From positions 1 through 64,000 of the forward strand of contig CAWBHS010000081.1 in the NCBI GenBank assembly GCA_963788655.1: a stretch of DNA of 64,000 nt, read 5' to 3'. The notes beneath the pieces are model-generated. The model saw only the letters and a program-made list of their open reading frames with translations. It had not been told where the DNA came from and did no database searches. Numbering within the stretch: the stretch's first letter is position 1; each line of letters opens with the position of its first letter. The translations under genes were made by a program, and so were the position numbers. This DNA comes from an uncultured Verrucomicrobiae bacterium (GTDB lineage: Bacteria > Verrucomicrobiota > Verrucomicrobiia > Limisphaerales > JAFGQR01). This document shows, one piece after another, positions 9,669 through 19,938 of this stretch.

Positions 9669-11039
9669 TTAGACTTCCCAGCCTGGCCGATAATCGCGAC
9701 GGACGTAGCGGTTGATTTCGGGCCGGTTGGTACACTTCATTTTCTCAACGTCCCATTCAAGTTTCTGGCCCACGCCGGCGAATTGCGCCAGGTGCCCGGC
9801 CAGCGCGAACGCGGTCAGCGGTCCGGCGAACTCCGGGAAATTCGAGCAGGGGGTGGTCCCGTTTTTGCAGGCGTAAAACAAATCTTCAATCGGACCGCCA
9901 TGCGCACGCGGCAAGGACTTCTCGGGAGCAGGGAAGTCTTTTTTGTTTTCCTTGGGCAGGAACTCGTAGGAACCGGCAGTGCCGGTGGTGTGGAACAAAC
10001 CTTTCTCGCCAACGAACAAAGTACACTCGCCGAACTTGGCTTCGTACTTCTTTTCCGTTTCTTTCATGATTTCCGGCTTGAGCCCGCCATGGTCATAGAC
10101 GTGGATTTTAACCGGTCCCATGGCGCCGCGCGCCGGCACTTCGTAACGGACGACGTTGTCCTGCGGATACATTTCCTCACTGCCGCCCTTGGTATTAAGG
10201 CATTCGACGGTGAAGGTTTTGGCGTCCTTGATTTTCAACGCCCAGAACAGGACGTCGAGATTATGGCAGGCCATGTCGCCAATGGTGCCCGTTCCGAATT
10301 GGCGCCAAGACCGCCAGTTGAACGGATGAAGACCGTCGTGAAATTCACGGAACGGAGCGGGACCAATCCACTCGTCCCAGTGCAGATTCGATGGCACGGG
10401 CTTGCTCGCCGGCCGCCCACCGCTGCCGCCAAAATTACGCCCGAGGATGGTATGCGTTTCGGTCACGTTGCCCACCGCGCCGGCCCAGAGATATTCGCAC
10501 GCGCGCCGGATCGCCTCGCCGCAGTGCCCCTGGTTGCCCATTTGCGTGGGAACCTTCTTCTCCCGCGCCGCCTTGGCCAGGACGTAACACTCGCGGATGT
10601 TATGGGCCAGCGGCTTCTGCGAAAACGTGGCCTTGCCCAGATTGATCGCCCGGATCGCGGCCACGGCATGATGATGGTCGGGGGTGGCAATCAGCACCAC
10701 ATCAATGTCCCGGTGGCATTCATCCAACATCTTCCGGTAATCGAAGTAACTTTTCGGCGTCGGCTCGTTCTTCTTCTTTTCGCTGAATTCCTTCAGCTTC
10801 TTGGCCATGGTGTTGTCGTCCACGTCGCAGACGGCCACCAGGCGTTCGTTCATCCCGGCGCCGAAACTGTAACCGCCCATCCCCCCGGCGCCGACTACGG
10901 CCACACCCAGTTTGGCATTGGGCGCAGGTGCGGACAGCAAGTTGGGCACACCGACGAGTTGCACGCCGGCCACCGCCCCGGTGAAGGCGGCGGTTTGTTG
11001 CAGAAAACGACGACGACTGACGGAAGAGTTGGGTTTCAT
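9669..11039 (-). CDS. Tat-exported Gfo/Idh/MocA-family oxidoreductase
   Basis: SRRRFLQ Tat motif, VGAGGMG Rossmann motif, IATPDHHH, QKPL, TQMGNQG and GDMACH. Confidence 0.9.
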   Translation of the reverse strand: MKPNSSVSRRRFLQQTAAFTGAVAGVQLVGVPNLLSAPAPNAKLGVAVVGAGGMGGYSFGAGMNERLVAVCDVDDNTMAKKLKEFSEKKKNEPTPKSYFDYRKMLDECHRDIDVVLIATPDHHHAVAAIRAINLGKATFSQKPLAHNIRECYVLAKAAREKKVPTQMGNQGHCGEAIRRACEYLWAGAVGNVTETHTILGRNFGGSGGRPASKPVPSNLHWDEWIGPAPFREFHDGLHPFNWRSWRQFGTGTIGDMACHNLDVLFWALKIKDAKTFTVECLNTKGGSEEMYPQDNVVRYEVPARGAMGPVKIHVYDHGGLKPEIMKETEKKYEAKFGECTLFVGEKGLFHTTGTAGSYEFLPKENKKDFPAPEKSLPRAHGGPIEDLFYACKNGTTPCSNFPEFAGPLTAFALAGHLAQFAGVGQKLEWDVEKMKCTNRPEINRYVRRDYRPGWEV

Positions 11040-11194
11040 AGTTTTACGATGTTGGTTGGTTTTGCTGCCCGGATTCATGCTCCTTTTCTGGAGATTTGTC
11101 CATCAAACGTTGGATGATTTTTTAGCCGGTGAAGCAATTCAACCACCAAGCTGGGGCTCGCCGGCGCGCTCCGAAAGTCTTTGAAAAATAGTTT

Positions 11195-11222
11195 TTGCAT
11201 TTGGTTGGAAAGCACGTAAAGT
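11195..11222 (+). promoter_or_regulatory. Putative sigma70 promoter of the RRM protein gene
   Basis: TTGCAT-16nt-TAAAGT about 130 nt upstream of ATG 11353, in an AT-rich intergenic region. Confidence 0.45.
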
Positions 11223-11352
11223 GGGCCGAGTTAGATGCGCGTCGCTTTCTACCCCTGGAAGATCTTCAGTTGAACGTGTTCAATGATGATTTTGAAACCC
11301 GATAGTCGGGAACAGTTAGAGCAAGAGCAATTCGCCTAGCACGAAAGTCATC

Positions 11353-11694
11353 ATGAATACGAAATTATACGTCGGGAATCTTTCCTTCGACATCATCGAG
11401 AACGATCTGCAAGATTTGTTCGCCCAACACGGCCCCGTCTCGGAGGTCAACCTCATGCAAGATCGCACCACGGGCAAAGCCCGCGGATTCGGTTTTGTCA
11501 CCATGGCCACTGAAGAAGGAGCCACGGCCGCGGTGCAAGCACTGAACGGCATGGAATGGAAGGGCCGCGCCCTGACCGTCAATGAAGCCCGCCCACGCGA
11601 AGAGCGCTCCGGCGGTGGCGGCGGTTACCGTGGTGGTCACGGCGGCGGTGGTGGTGGCGGTTACGGCGGTGGACGGCGTCCCAACCGCTATTAA
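11353..11694 (+). CDS. RRM-domain RNA-binding protein with glycine-rich tail
   Basis: RNP2 LYVGNL, RNP1 [18 protein letters not shown] and GGGGGY repeats. Confidence 0.95.
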   Translation: MNTKLYVGNLSFDIIENDLQDLFAQHGPVSEVNLMQDRTTGKARGFGFVTMATEEGATAAVQALNGMEWKGRALTVNEARPREERSGGGGGYRGGHGGGGGGGYGGGRRPNRY

Positions 11695-11715
11695 GTTTCC
11701 ACGAACATGAATTGT

Positions 11716-11760
11716 GCCGGCGGGTGGACTTTCCCCAAGTCCGTCCGTCGGCGGTTTTAT
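11716..11760 (+). terminator. Hairpin/terminator between the RRM gene and infC
   Basis: GCCGGCGGGTGGACTT-loop-AAGTCCGTCCGTCGGC (G-U pairs) followed by GGTTTTAT. Confidence 0.6.
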
Positions 11761-11807
11761 CTATTGCAATAGCTGCCTATGGATCACCTCCCAACTGTGA
11801 GGGCGCA

Positions 11808-12464
11808 TTGAGGCGCCGCTTCTCCTCGCGATCGTTCAATTCCCGCGAACCCAAGCACCGCCGCAACGGCAAGATTCGCGCGCGCGAAGTCAGGGTTCTC
11901 GATGAAGACAAACAACAACTCGGTGTCATGTCGCTGAGTCAAGCCCTGCGCATCGCCCAGAGCAAACATCTGGACCTGGTCGAGATCGCCCCCTCCGCCA
12001 CCCCGCCGGTGTGCCGCATTGTGAACTATGGCAAGCTGATGTATGAAGAAGCCAAGAACCACAAAGAAGCGAGCCACAGCGGAAACCAGTTGAAGGAGAT
12101 TCAGCTCAGTGCGGGGATTGATCCCCACGATTTCTCGGTCAAGCTGAAACATGCCATTGGGTTTCTGTGCGAGGACATGAAGGTGCGGGTCAGGCTGCGC
12201 TTCAAGGGCCGCCAAAAAATACATAAGGAATTTGGTTTCGAGGTGATTAACCGCTTCCTCACGGAGGCTGCATCTTACGGTCAGGCGGATTCCCCGCCCA
12301 AGCTGCTGGGGGGACGTGATCTCAATGTGATTGTCAGCCCACTGCCCCGTGCCAAGCGAGCGAAGAATCCCCATGCCGCGGACGTCTCCGAGCCGCCGCG
12401 CGTTCCCCAGGCCTTGCCGGATCGAACATCGAATCCACCGCCGGCCCAACCTGACGCCCGCTAG
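11808..12464 (+). CDS. infC: Translation initiation factor IF-3 (probable TTG start)
   Basis: NGKIRAREVRV, LDLVEIAP..TPPVCRIVNYGK, LKEIQL and KVRVRLRFKGRQ. TTG at 11808 preceded by GAGGG. Confidence 0.93.
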   Translation: MRRRFSSRSFNSREPKHRRNGKIRAREVRVLDEDKQQLGVMSLSQALRIAQSKHLDLVEIAPSATPPVCRIVNYGKLMYEEAKNHKEASHSGNQLKEIQLSAGIDPHDFSVKLKHAIGFLCEDMKVRVRLRFKGRQKIHKEFGFEVINRFLTEAASYGQADSPPKLLGGRDLNVIVSPLPRAKRAKNPHAADVSEPPRVPQALPDRTSNPPPAQPDAR

Positions 12465-12476
12465 AATTTCAATACC

Positions 12477-13745
12477 ATGCCCTTTCGCACCTTGGGCCTC
12501 GAGGCCCGCGTTCTCAAAGCCGTGCAAGACGCCGGTTATACTGAACCCACTCCCATCCAGTTGGCCGCGATCCCGCTGGCGCTGGCCGGACATGACTTGA
12601 TCGGCATTGCCCAGACCGGCACCGGGAAGACGGCAGCCTTCACGCTGCCAATTCTGACAAAGCTCGCCGGTTCGCTGGCCGCCAAGCCTCGACCGGGCAC
12701 CCGCGTGTTGGTCCTGGCGCCAACCCGGGAATTGGCCGCGCAGATCGAGGAAAATGCGCGCGCCTACGGAAAACATCTTCCCCTGCGCCTGGCCACCGTG
12801 TTTGGCGGGGTTGGAGAACACGCCCAAATCCGGGCGTTGCAAACCGGCACCGAACTCATCATCGCCACCCCGGGCCGGCTACTCGACCTGATGGGGCGGG
12901 GCTATGCCAACTTCACCGGGTTGCAGTTTCTCGTGCTCGACGAAGCCGATCGCATGCTGGACATGGGATTCTTGCCGGACATCCGCCGCATCATCCGCGC
13001 CCTGCCCCGACAGCGCCAGACCATGATGTTTTGTGCCACGCTTTCCAAGGAGATTGAGGCGCTTACGCGCGAGTTCCAGCACACGCCCAAGACGGTCCAG
13101 ATTGGCCGCCGCGCCAATCCGGCAGCGACGGTGACGCAACTCGCCTATGAAGTGCCCAGCCACCTCAAGCCCGCCCTGCTCGTGCATCTGCTGCGCGACT
13201 CGGACATGGACATGGTGCTCGTCTTCTCGCGCATGAAACACGGCGCCGACCGCATCGCGCGCCGGCTGGAGCAGCACGGCATCAAGACCGCGACGCTGCA
13301 CTCCAACCGGTCCCAAACCCAGCGCCTGCGCGCGCTCAAGGATTTTAAATCCGGGGCCGTGCGCGTGCTGGTGGCCACCGACATCGCCGCCCGGGGCATC
13401 GACGTGGACGGGATTTCGCACGTCGTCAATTTCGATTTCCCCATGCACCCGGAGGATTACGTGCATCGCATCGGCCGCACGGGACGGGCCCAAGCAGTGG
13501 GCGACGCGATCAGCTTCGTGACGCCGGAGGACCACGGAGCACTGCGGTCGCTCGAGCGGTTCATCGGGCGGGGAATCGTGCGCAAGGAAGCCGCCGGCTT
13601 CGACCATTCGGCCGCGGGTGCATCCTCTTCCGATCGCTCGTCGCGTTTGTTGCCGACGCGTTCCTCCGGCAGACCGCGAGCGTCATCCGGGCGTCCCCGA
13701 CACGAAGGCAAGGCCCGGTCAGGGTACTGGCGTCGCCGCCGCTGA
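12477..13745 (+). CDS. DEAD-box RNA helicase (RhlE-like)
   Basis: Q motif PTPIQ, AQTGTGKT, PTRELA, TPGRL, DEAD, ARGID and HRIGRTGR; basic C-terminal tail. Confidence 0.95.
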   Translation: MPFRTLGLEARVLKAVQDAGYTEPTPIQLAAIPLALAGHDLIGIAQTGTGKTAAFTLPILTKLAGSLAAKPRPGTRVLVLAPTRELAAQIEENARAYGKHLPLRLATVFGGVGEHAQIRALQTGTELIIATPGRLLDLMGRGYANFTGLQFLVLDEADRMLDMGFLPDIRRIIRALPRQRQTMMFCATLSKEIEALTREFQHTPKTVQIGRRANPAATVTQLAYEVPSHLKPALLVHLLRDSDMDMVLVFSRMKHGADRIARRLEQHGIKTATLHSNRSQTQRLRALKDFKSGAVRVLVATDIAARGIDVDGISHVVNFDFPMHPEDYVHRIGRTGRAQAVGDAISFVTPEDHGALRSLERFIGRGIVRKEAAGFDHSAAGASSSDRSSRLLPTRSSGRPRASSGRPRHEGKARSGYWRRRR

Positions 13746-13878
13746 TGGTCGAAGAGCACTCCCTGAACCGCAAGTGACGACGTTCATGAGGAGAAGCAAG
13801 ATCAATCGCGACTGAGGAAAGAACATTTTCCACTGCTACCAAACTGGCGCAGATTTGTTCTAAAAAGAACGCAGCAAT

Positions 13879-14886
13879 TCAAAAGCTGTTCAGCACGTCA
13901 ATCATTTGCCGCAACCGGCCGTAATCGCGGCGGTTGAAGCCGAAGGCAATGCGCGGTCGATCGAGGAATTGGGTTTCTTCCCGCTCCTCCGGGGTCGGTT
14001 CAAGGGCGTGGATCTTCTCCCCGGTAATGATGTCGGCAAAGTCCTCGTTCAAGCCCTCGATGGCGGAGGCCGTGGGCGCATGGCGCAACCGAATCACCAG
14101 CAGATCCCGCACGAAACGGGTGGAATGATAGTTCCGATAAAAGCGCGTGACGATTTTGACGGCCTGTTCCGCGCTGTCTGTAATCTGATACAAATGCAAG
14201 TCTTCCGGACCGATAAACTCGTTGCGCAAGAGATGTTCGCGCACGTTCTTGTCCCAGGTGCGCCAGTACGTGCCGCCCGGGCGGTCCAGCAACACCAGCG
14301 GCATCATCTGGCTCTTGCCGGTCTGCATGAGCGTGAGCGCTTCGTAGCCCTCGTCCATGGTGCCAAATCCGCCGGGAAAAAGCACGATGGCGTCCGAGTG
14401 CCGCACAAAGGTCAATTTGCGGGTGAAAAAGTATTTGAAGGTGATGAGCTTCTTGTCATTGAAGATGACCGAATTGGCCGCCTGTTCCCATGGCAGGCGA
14501 ATGTTGGCGCCGAAACTTCGTTCCGGTCCCGCGCCTTCATGTCCGGCCTGCATAATGCCCGGTCCGGCGCCAGTAATGACCATCCAGCCTTCCGCGGCAA
14601 TGCGGGCGGCAAATTCCTTGGCCTGCTGGTATTCCAGTTTCCCTTCGGGAGTCCGAGCTGAGCCGAACAAGGTGGCTTTGCGCACCGCCGCGTGCGGCGC
14701 AAACAGCTTGAACGCATACCGCAATTCCCGCAGGGCAGTTTGAATGACCCGCACGTCCCCGCGGTCCTGCACGTCCTTGAGAATCTTCAGCGAGTTTTCA
14801 ATAAGGTCGGCGACCAGATCGGCGTTGTAACCGTCGCCTTTATAATCAATGAGCTCCTGAATCCGCCGTTTCAGTTCGGGATCCAC
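13879..14886 (-). CDS. LOG-family protein (TIGR00730-type nucleotide phosphoribohydrolase) with C-terminal extension
   Basis: FGSAR, ITGAGPGIM, FKYFFTRK and PGGFGTMDE motifs. Start uncertain: GTG 14886, or ATG 14911 plus a frameshift. Confidence 0.88.
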   Translation of the reverse strand: MDPELKRRIQELIDYKGDGYNADLVADLIENSLKILKDVQDRGDVRVIQTALRELRYAFKLFAPHAAVRKATLFGSARTPEGKLEYQQAKEFAARIAAEGWMVITGAGPGIMQAGHEGAGPERSFGANIRLPWEQAANSVIFNDKKLITFKYFFTRKLTFVRHSDAIVLFPGGFGTMDEGYEALTLMQTGKSQMMPLVLLDRPGGTYWRTWDKNVREHLLRNEFIGPEDLHLYQITDSAEQAVKIVTRFYRNYHSTRFVRDLLVIRLRHAPTASAIEGLNEDFADIITGEKIHALEPTPEEREETQFLDRPRIAFGFNRRDYGRLRQMIDVLNSF

Positions 14887-15011
14887 CGGCGGCTTGTTCG
14901 GTCTTTTCCATGCCGCGAGAACGTAGCGGGTTGCCTGCCAATTGCAACGTTGCCCGCAAAACCCAACTTGCTTACCGGGAAAGCGGCTGATACGTTCGGC
15001 ACTCTTTGAAC

Positions 15012-17917
15012 ATGGCTGTGGACTACAAAAACACACTGAACCTGCCGCAGACCGATTTCCCGATGAAAGCCGACCTGGTCACCCGCGAACCGGAGCGGCT
15101 CCAGCAATGGGAGGCGGCAAAACTCTATGCAAAAGATCCAGGCCGCGCGCGCCGACGGGCCGAAATTTGTCCTGCACGACGGCCCGCCCTTCGCCAACGG
15201 CGACGTTCACATCGGCACCGCGCTGAACAAGATTCTCAAGGACATCGTCATCAAGTACAGACCCTGCGCGGCTTCAGCGCGCCCTACGTGCCGGGCTGGG
15301 ACTGCCACGGGCTGCCGATCGAGTTCAAGGTCATCGCAGGAAATGCGCAAGGCCGGCAACACCGACGCCGATCCGGCCGCCATCCGCACGGCCTGCGAGG
15401 CCTACGCCCGCAAATACATCGACATCCAGCGCACGCAGTTCAAACGCCTGGGCGTGCTGGGCGACTGGGACAATCCCTACCTGACGCTCAACAAGGAATA
15501 CGAAGCGGACGAACTGCGCCTGTTCGCGGACATCGTGGAGAAGGGCTTTGTCTATCGCGGCAAAAAGCCGGTGTATTGGAGCATCCCCTGCCGCACCGCG
15601 CTGGCCGAGGCCGAGGTGGAATACAAGGACCACGTCAGCCAGAGCATCTTCGTGAAGTTCCCGGTCGTCGGCCAGCCGAACACGTTCATCGTGATCTGGA
15701 CGACCACGCCGTGGACGCTGCCGGCCAATCTGGCCGTGGCCTACAACTCGACCTTCAGCTACTCGCTGGTGCGTGATGGTGGACGAGGACGGCGAGCAAC
15801 ACGATGACTACATCGTTTCCACAATGCTGCTCTCCAGCGTGGCCGAGAAATGCGGCTGGCAAGATTATCAGTCATCGTTCGCAGCCTCGACGGCGAGCAC
15901 TTCGACGAAACTCGAATACCAGCATCCGTTCTGCAATCGCACCGGCAAGCTGTTCGCCGGCGACGCTTTCGTGGACAACGACACCGGCACGGGCTTTGTC
16001 CACATCGCGCCCGGCCACGGCCTGGAAGATTACCAGCTTGGGCACGCGAACAAGGCTTGCCGATCTATTCGCCGGTGGACGACGACGGCTGCTTTACGCA
16101 CACCAACGATCTGCCGGTTGAACAGCAGATGCCCGCCGAAATGATCGGCAAATCCATCCTGGAAAAGCACGGCAAAAGCGACGCCAACGAAGCCGTGCTG
16201 CACGAGCTGCGCGTGCGCAATGCGCTGCTGCACCAGGAGAATTATCATCACAGCTATCCCCATTGCTGGCGCAGCAAGACGCCGGTCATCTTCCGCGCGA
16301 TGGACCAGTGGTTCATCAAGATTGACCACGCACGAGCTTCCGGAGCAAAGGCGACCGCGCCACGTTTCGCAAAGGCACTTGCGAAATCGAGCGTGTCAAC
16401 TGGATTCCGGACTGGGGCAAGAACCGCATCGAAGCCGCCGTCAATCGCGCCCGGACTGGTGCATCTCGCGCCAGCGCACCTGGGGCGTGCCGATCCCGGC
16501 ATTTTACGACGCGGAAGGCGATCCGATCCTCGATGCGCGGATCGTCCGCAATGCCGCCGACCTGATCGAGCAACACGGCTCGAACGTCTGGTTCGAAAAA
16601 ACCGCCGCCGAACTTTGGGCGCTCGTGAACCCGACGACTGGACCGGACCGGAAGCCGTCGCCAAATCCGACGACACGCTGGATGTGTGGATTGATTCCGG
16701 CTCCTCGTCGCGCGCGGTCCTGATGCGGCGCCCGGAGTTACGTCGACGCCAATCTCGCGACGGATCGCCGCCACGCTCCGACCGGAGTGGCAGGCCGACA
16801 TGTATCTCGAAGGCACCGACCAGCATCGCGGCTGGTTTCAATCGTCGCTGCTGCTGTCGCTCGCCGGCAATGGCGCGGCGCCGTTACAAGACCGTGCTGA
16901 CCCACGGCTTCATGGTGGATGCCGACCGCGAGAAGATTTCCAAGAGCAAACAAGGCCAGGGCGGCTACGAAAAGCCGCAGACCGCCGAAGCTTACATGAA
17001 GAAATGGGGCGCGGACGTCGTGCGCCTGTGGGTTGCCTCGCAGGATTTCCGCAACGACATCATCGTCAGCGAAGAGCGCATCGAGAAAGTCGCGCGAAAC
17101 CTACCGCGGCATCCGCAACGCGCTGCGCTACCAGCTCTCGAATCTCTACGACTTCGATCCCGGCGAAGCACACCGTGCCCGACGAGCAACTCACCGGCCT
17201 GGACCGCTGGATTCTTGCGCGAGTTCGTCGCAAGTTGGAGCAGGAAGTCGTCGCGGCCTACGACAAATACGAATTCCACGTCGTTTATCAAAAGGTCAGC
17301 CAGTTCATCGCCGTGGAGCTTGTCGGCCATTTACCACGACGTCATCAAGGATCGGCTTTACACCGACCCGGCCAATTCGACCTCGCCGCCGCTCGACGCA
17401 AACCGCGCTGCACCGGCTCGTGACCGGCCTCTGCAAGATGCTGGCGCCGATCCTGGCGTTCACCGCCGATGAGGCGTGGGAATTTGTTCCCGGCAAAGCC
17501 ACCGGCTCGGTCCATCTGGCGGAATGGCAGCCTCGCAAGCTTCCAGTCGACCCGATAGCCGAACAAGCCGACCTGGAAACAGTTGTTCAGACCTGCGCGA
17601 ACGCTTTGCCGGAATTGGAAAAAGCCCGCCAGGCTAAAACCATCGGCAAATCGCTGGAAGCCAAACTCACCATTGCTGGCCCGGCCGAAGCGCTGGCCGC
17701 CGCGACCGCGAACGCCGAACGCGCTGCGGGAGTTGTTGAACGTGTCCCAACTGGAAACTCGCCGGCCAGCGGAGAAGGCCTCGTGAGTTTACTGTCAGCC
17801 AAGCCGCCGGCGAAAAATGCGAGCGCTGCTGGCATTGGGAAACCAACCGTCGGCGTCGTACCGGAACACCCGACGATTTGCGCCCGATGCGTCGAAGCCG
17901 TGAAAGTGGCCTCGTAA
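15012..17917 (+). CDS. ileS: Isoleucine--tRNA ligase (many frameshifts, probably sequence errors)
   Basis: [76 protein letters not shown] and a C-terminal Zn finger, spread over all three frames. Confidence 0.95.
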
Positions 17918-18033
17918 ACAGCCATTGGCGTGCGGCTTTCCGGGACGCAGCCAGCGGCTTGATGCCTGACCGTTAAAAGCTACAGCGGCACTTCTTAACT
18001 CGTAGCAGCGGACGTGAGTCCGCTCACTTTTCT

Positions 18034-19676
18034 GCCTCGTCAGCAGAATCTGTGGGTAGTTTCCGGCTCTGGGAGCCGGCCTAACGTGTGATACAAGGCT
18101 ATTTCCATCGCGTCGTAGGTGCGAAATCCGTAGGATCTTCTGGTCACCACTCGGATTTTATTGTTCAGACCCTCGACCGGGCCGGACGAGAGTTCCCCTT
18201 TGGCGCGGAACCAGTTCAAGAGCAGCTCTTGGTGGTTGCGCAGCATCCTGGCCACTTTGGCCATCGGTTCAAGGCGGCTGCGCAGAGCTCGTTCAGTCCA
18301 GACGTCCAGAAAAGCCCTGGCCCAAGTGACAGAGCGATAGCGCCAGAACGGCTCGAAGGTTTCCTTGAGCATCCAGGCTCGCCCAGTGGCCAGTTTACTG
18401 CGCAGCAGTCCCCAAAGCTTTTGCTTGGCCCGGCCGCGGACCCGATTTCCCCGGCGCAGCAACTTCCACCGCATGTGCTTGAGCTTTTTGGCCGCGGGAC
18501 GTCCCCGCAGCCGACCACTCTCGGCTCGGCGCACTTGGTCGACGGCTTGATTCAAATGCATCGTGATGTGGAAACGGTCCAACACGTGCAAGGCGTGCGG
18601 GATCTTGGCCCCAATCACATTCAGGTAGGCCCGCCACATGTCACTGCAGACAAAGCGCACGCCGCTGAGCACCGTCGGCCCCAACGCCTCAAAGCCCCGG
18701 CGCAGCGTGGCCTGCGTGCGTCGGCGCCCCACCCACAACAGCCGCCGACAGTGCTGGTCGATCTGGTAGATGACGGTCAGGAATTGCTCCGCCCGCTTGC
18801 CTTGGCCCCAATGGATCTCGTCGACGCCAAGGGATTGGACCCCTTCAATCTGACGGTGGGCCAACCCCCACTCCACGAACCACTCGACCGAACGATAGAC
18901 CGCTTCCCAACTGGTCTGAAACGCCAGGGCGGTCTGTCGCCAGGACAAGTGCCGCGCCCATCGCGCCAAGAATCCCATCATCGCCGTGGTGATCGGTCTC
19001 TTGCCCCGGCTCCACGGCATGTGCTCGACGATGACCCCATGCGTGGGACACTCCACCCGCCGCGGCGCATAGAGGAATTCGGTTTTAATGCCCCACAGCG
19101 GCACAAAGAGCCAGGTTCGTTCCGGCAGTCGGTCGTAACCTGGCGCCGGCTCTCGGCACTTCGAGCACCGGCCGCACCGCCCTTGATGCGCCTCCAGGGT
19201 AATCTCAACGCGCAGCTTGTCGCGCTCGCACAGGAGCCGGACCTCCTTGTAAACGAACCCCGCAAAACGTTGTATCCGGTTCAGGATGGTTTTAACTTCG
19301 AGTTGAATAGCTGGTCTCCGGGTCGATGGTTTGTTTTGTTTGCAAGCTGCAAACTAATCGGCGCACAAGGGGATCAGCTATTCTTTTTTGCCACGCACGT
19401 CCGCCCCGTAGTCTCAGCGGCTGGTCTCGACCACCAGCGCCAGGTTGAGGGGAGGGTCGCCGACTGGGATAGGCGCCGATCGGAGCCGGTCTTGCGCATC
19501 CCAAGCGCGGCTCAGATCGTGCGCAAAGGGACCCAGTCGGCGGGCCTCCCCTCAACCGGTCGAGCCTCCCACACGCTTCGTTTGTCCCGCCAGCAGATCG
19601 CTCACTCCGGCCACGCACCTTTTTCCTTTTTCACAGCCGCTGTTTCAAATCCACCCACAAATTTTGCTACAGAGCT
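18034..19676 (-). mobile_element. ISL3-family insertion sequence, copy 2 (1643 bp, inverted)
   Basis: Reverse complement of 5642..7284, with identical translations of the internal ORFs. 8-bp TSD ACTTTTCT at 18026..18033 and 19677..19684. Confidence 0.95.
18040..19308 (-). CDS. ISL3-family transposase (probable ATT start)
   Basis: Identical to the transposase at 6010..7278. Confidence 0.92.
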   Translation of the reverse strand: MQLEVKTILNRIQRFAGFVYKEVRLLCERDKLRVEITLEAHQGRCGRCSKCREPAPGYDRLPERTWLFVPLWGIKTEFLYAPRRVECPTHGVIVEHMPWSRGKRPITTAMMGFLARWARHLSWRQTALAFQTSWEAVYRSVEWFVEWGLAHRQIEGVQSLGVDEIHWGQGKRAEQFLTVIYQIDQHCRRLLWVGRRRTQATLRRGFEALGPTVLSGVRFVCSDMWRAYLNVIGAKIPHALHVLDRFHITMHLNQAVDQVRRAESGRLRGRPAAKKLKHMRWKLLRRGNRVRGRAKQKLWGLLRSKLATGRAWMLKETFEPFWRYRSVTWARAFLDVWTERALRSRLEPMAKVARMLRNHQELLLNWFRAKGELSSGPVEGLNNKIRVVTRRSYGFRTYDAMEIALYHTLGRLPEPETTHRFC

Positions 19677-19819
19677 ACTTTTCTATTGCCGAGAACGTCA
19701 GAGCAGACTCACGCCTGCTGCTACGTGATCCGACGCTTTAGCCACAATTCGCGACGGTTATTTGAAAGGGTCGCTGGAGTGTTGGGTAGATCCCGAGTAC
19801 GAACCGGGCATTGCGACTC

Positions 19820-19859
19820 GGGCCTTCTCTGGTCCTTGGTCCTTGGCCATTGGTCATTA
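19820..19859 (-). repeat. Short heptamer-like repeat unit (TAATGACCAATGGCCAAGGACCAAGGACCAGAGAAGGCCC)
   Basis: Resembles the reconstructed empty site of ISL3 copy 1 (TAATGACCAAGGAACCAATACTCAATGACCAGAAAAGGCCC). Confidence 0.65.
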
Positions 19860-19938
19860 TCGAATGGCCGTTATCGGCTCACCAGGTTGACCCAAAGAAC
19901 CGCTTTACGAACGCAGTCCTTGCCGCCATGGTGTACCC

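Larger units (their letters stand above)
18001..19726. repeat. REP-like palindrome (family D-related) split by ISL3 copy 2
   Basis: Left arm CGTAGCAGCGGACGTGAGTCCGCTC (18001..18025) is the near-reverse complement of GAGCAGACTCACGCCTGCTGCTACG (about 19702..19726). Confidence 0.8.

Noticed and set aside
14887..15011. T-box riboswitch upstream of ileS
   Set aside because: Only about 100-125 bp of divergent intergenic space and no T-box consensus seen.
5642..19676. Composite transposon bounded by the two inverted ISL3 copies
   Set aside because: Each copy has its own matching TSD pair, showing independent insertions and no inversion. The enclosed genes include housekeeping genes such as ileS and infC.
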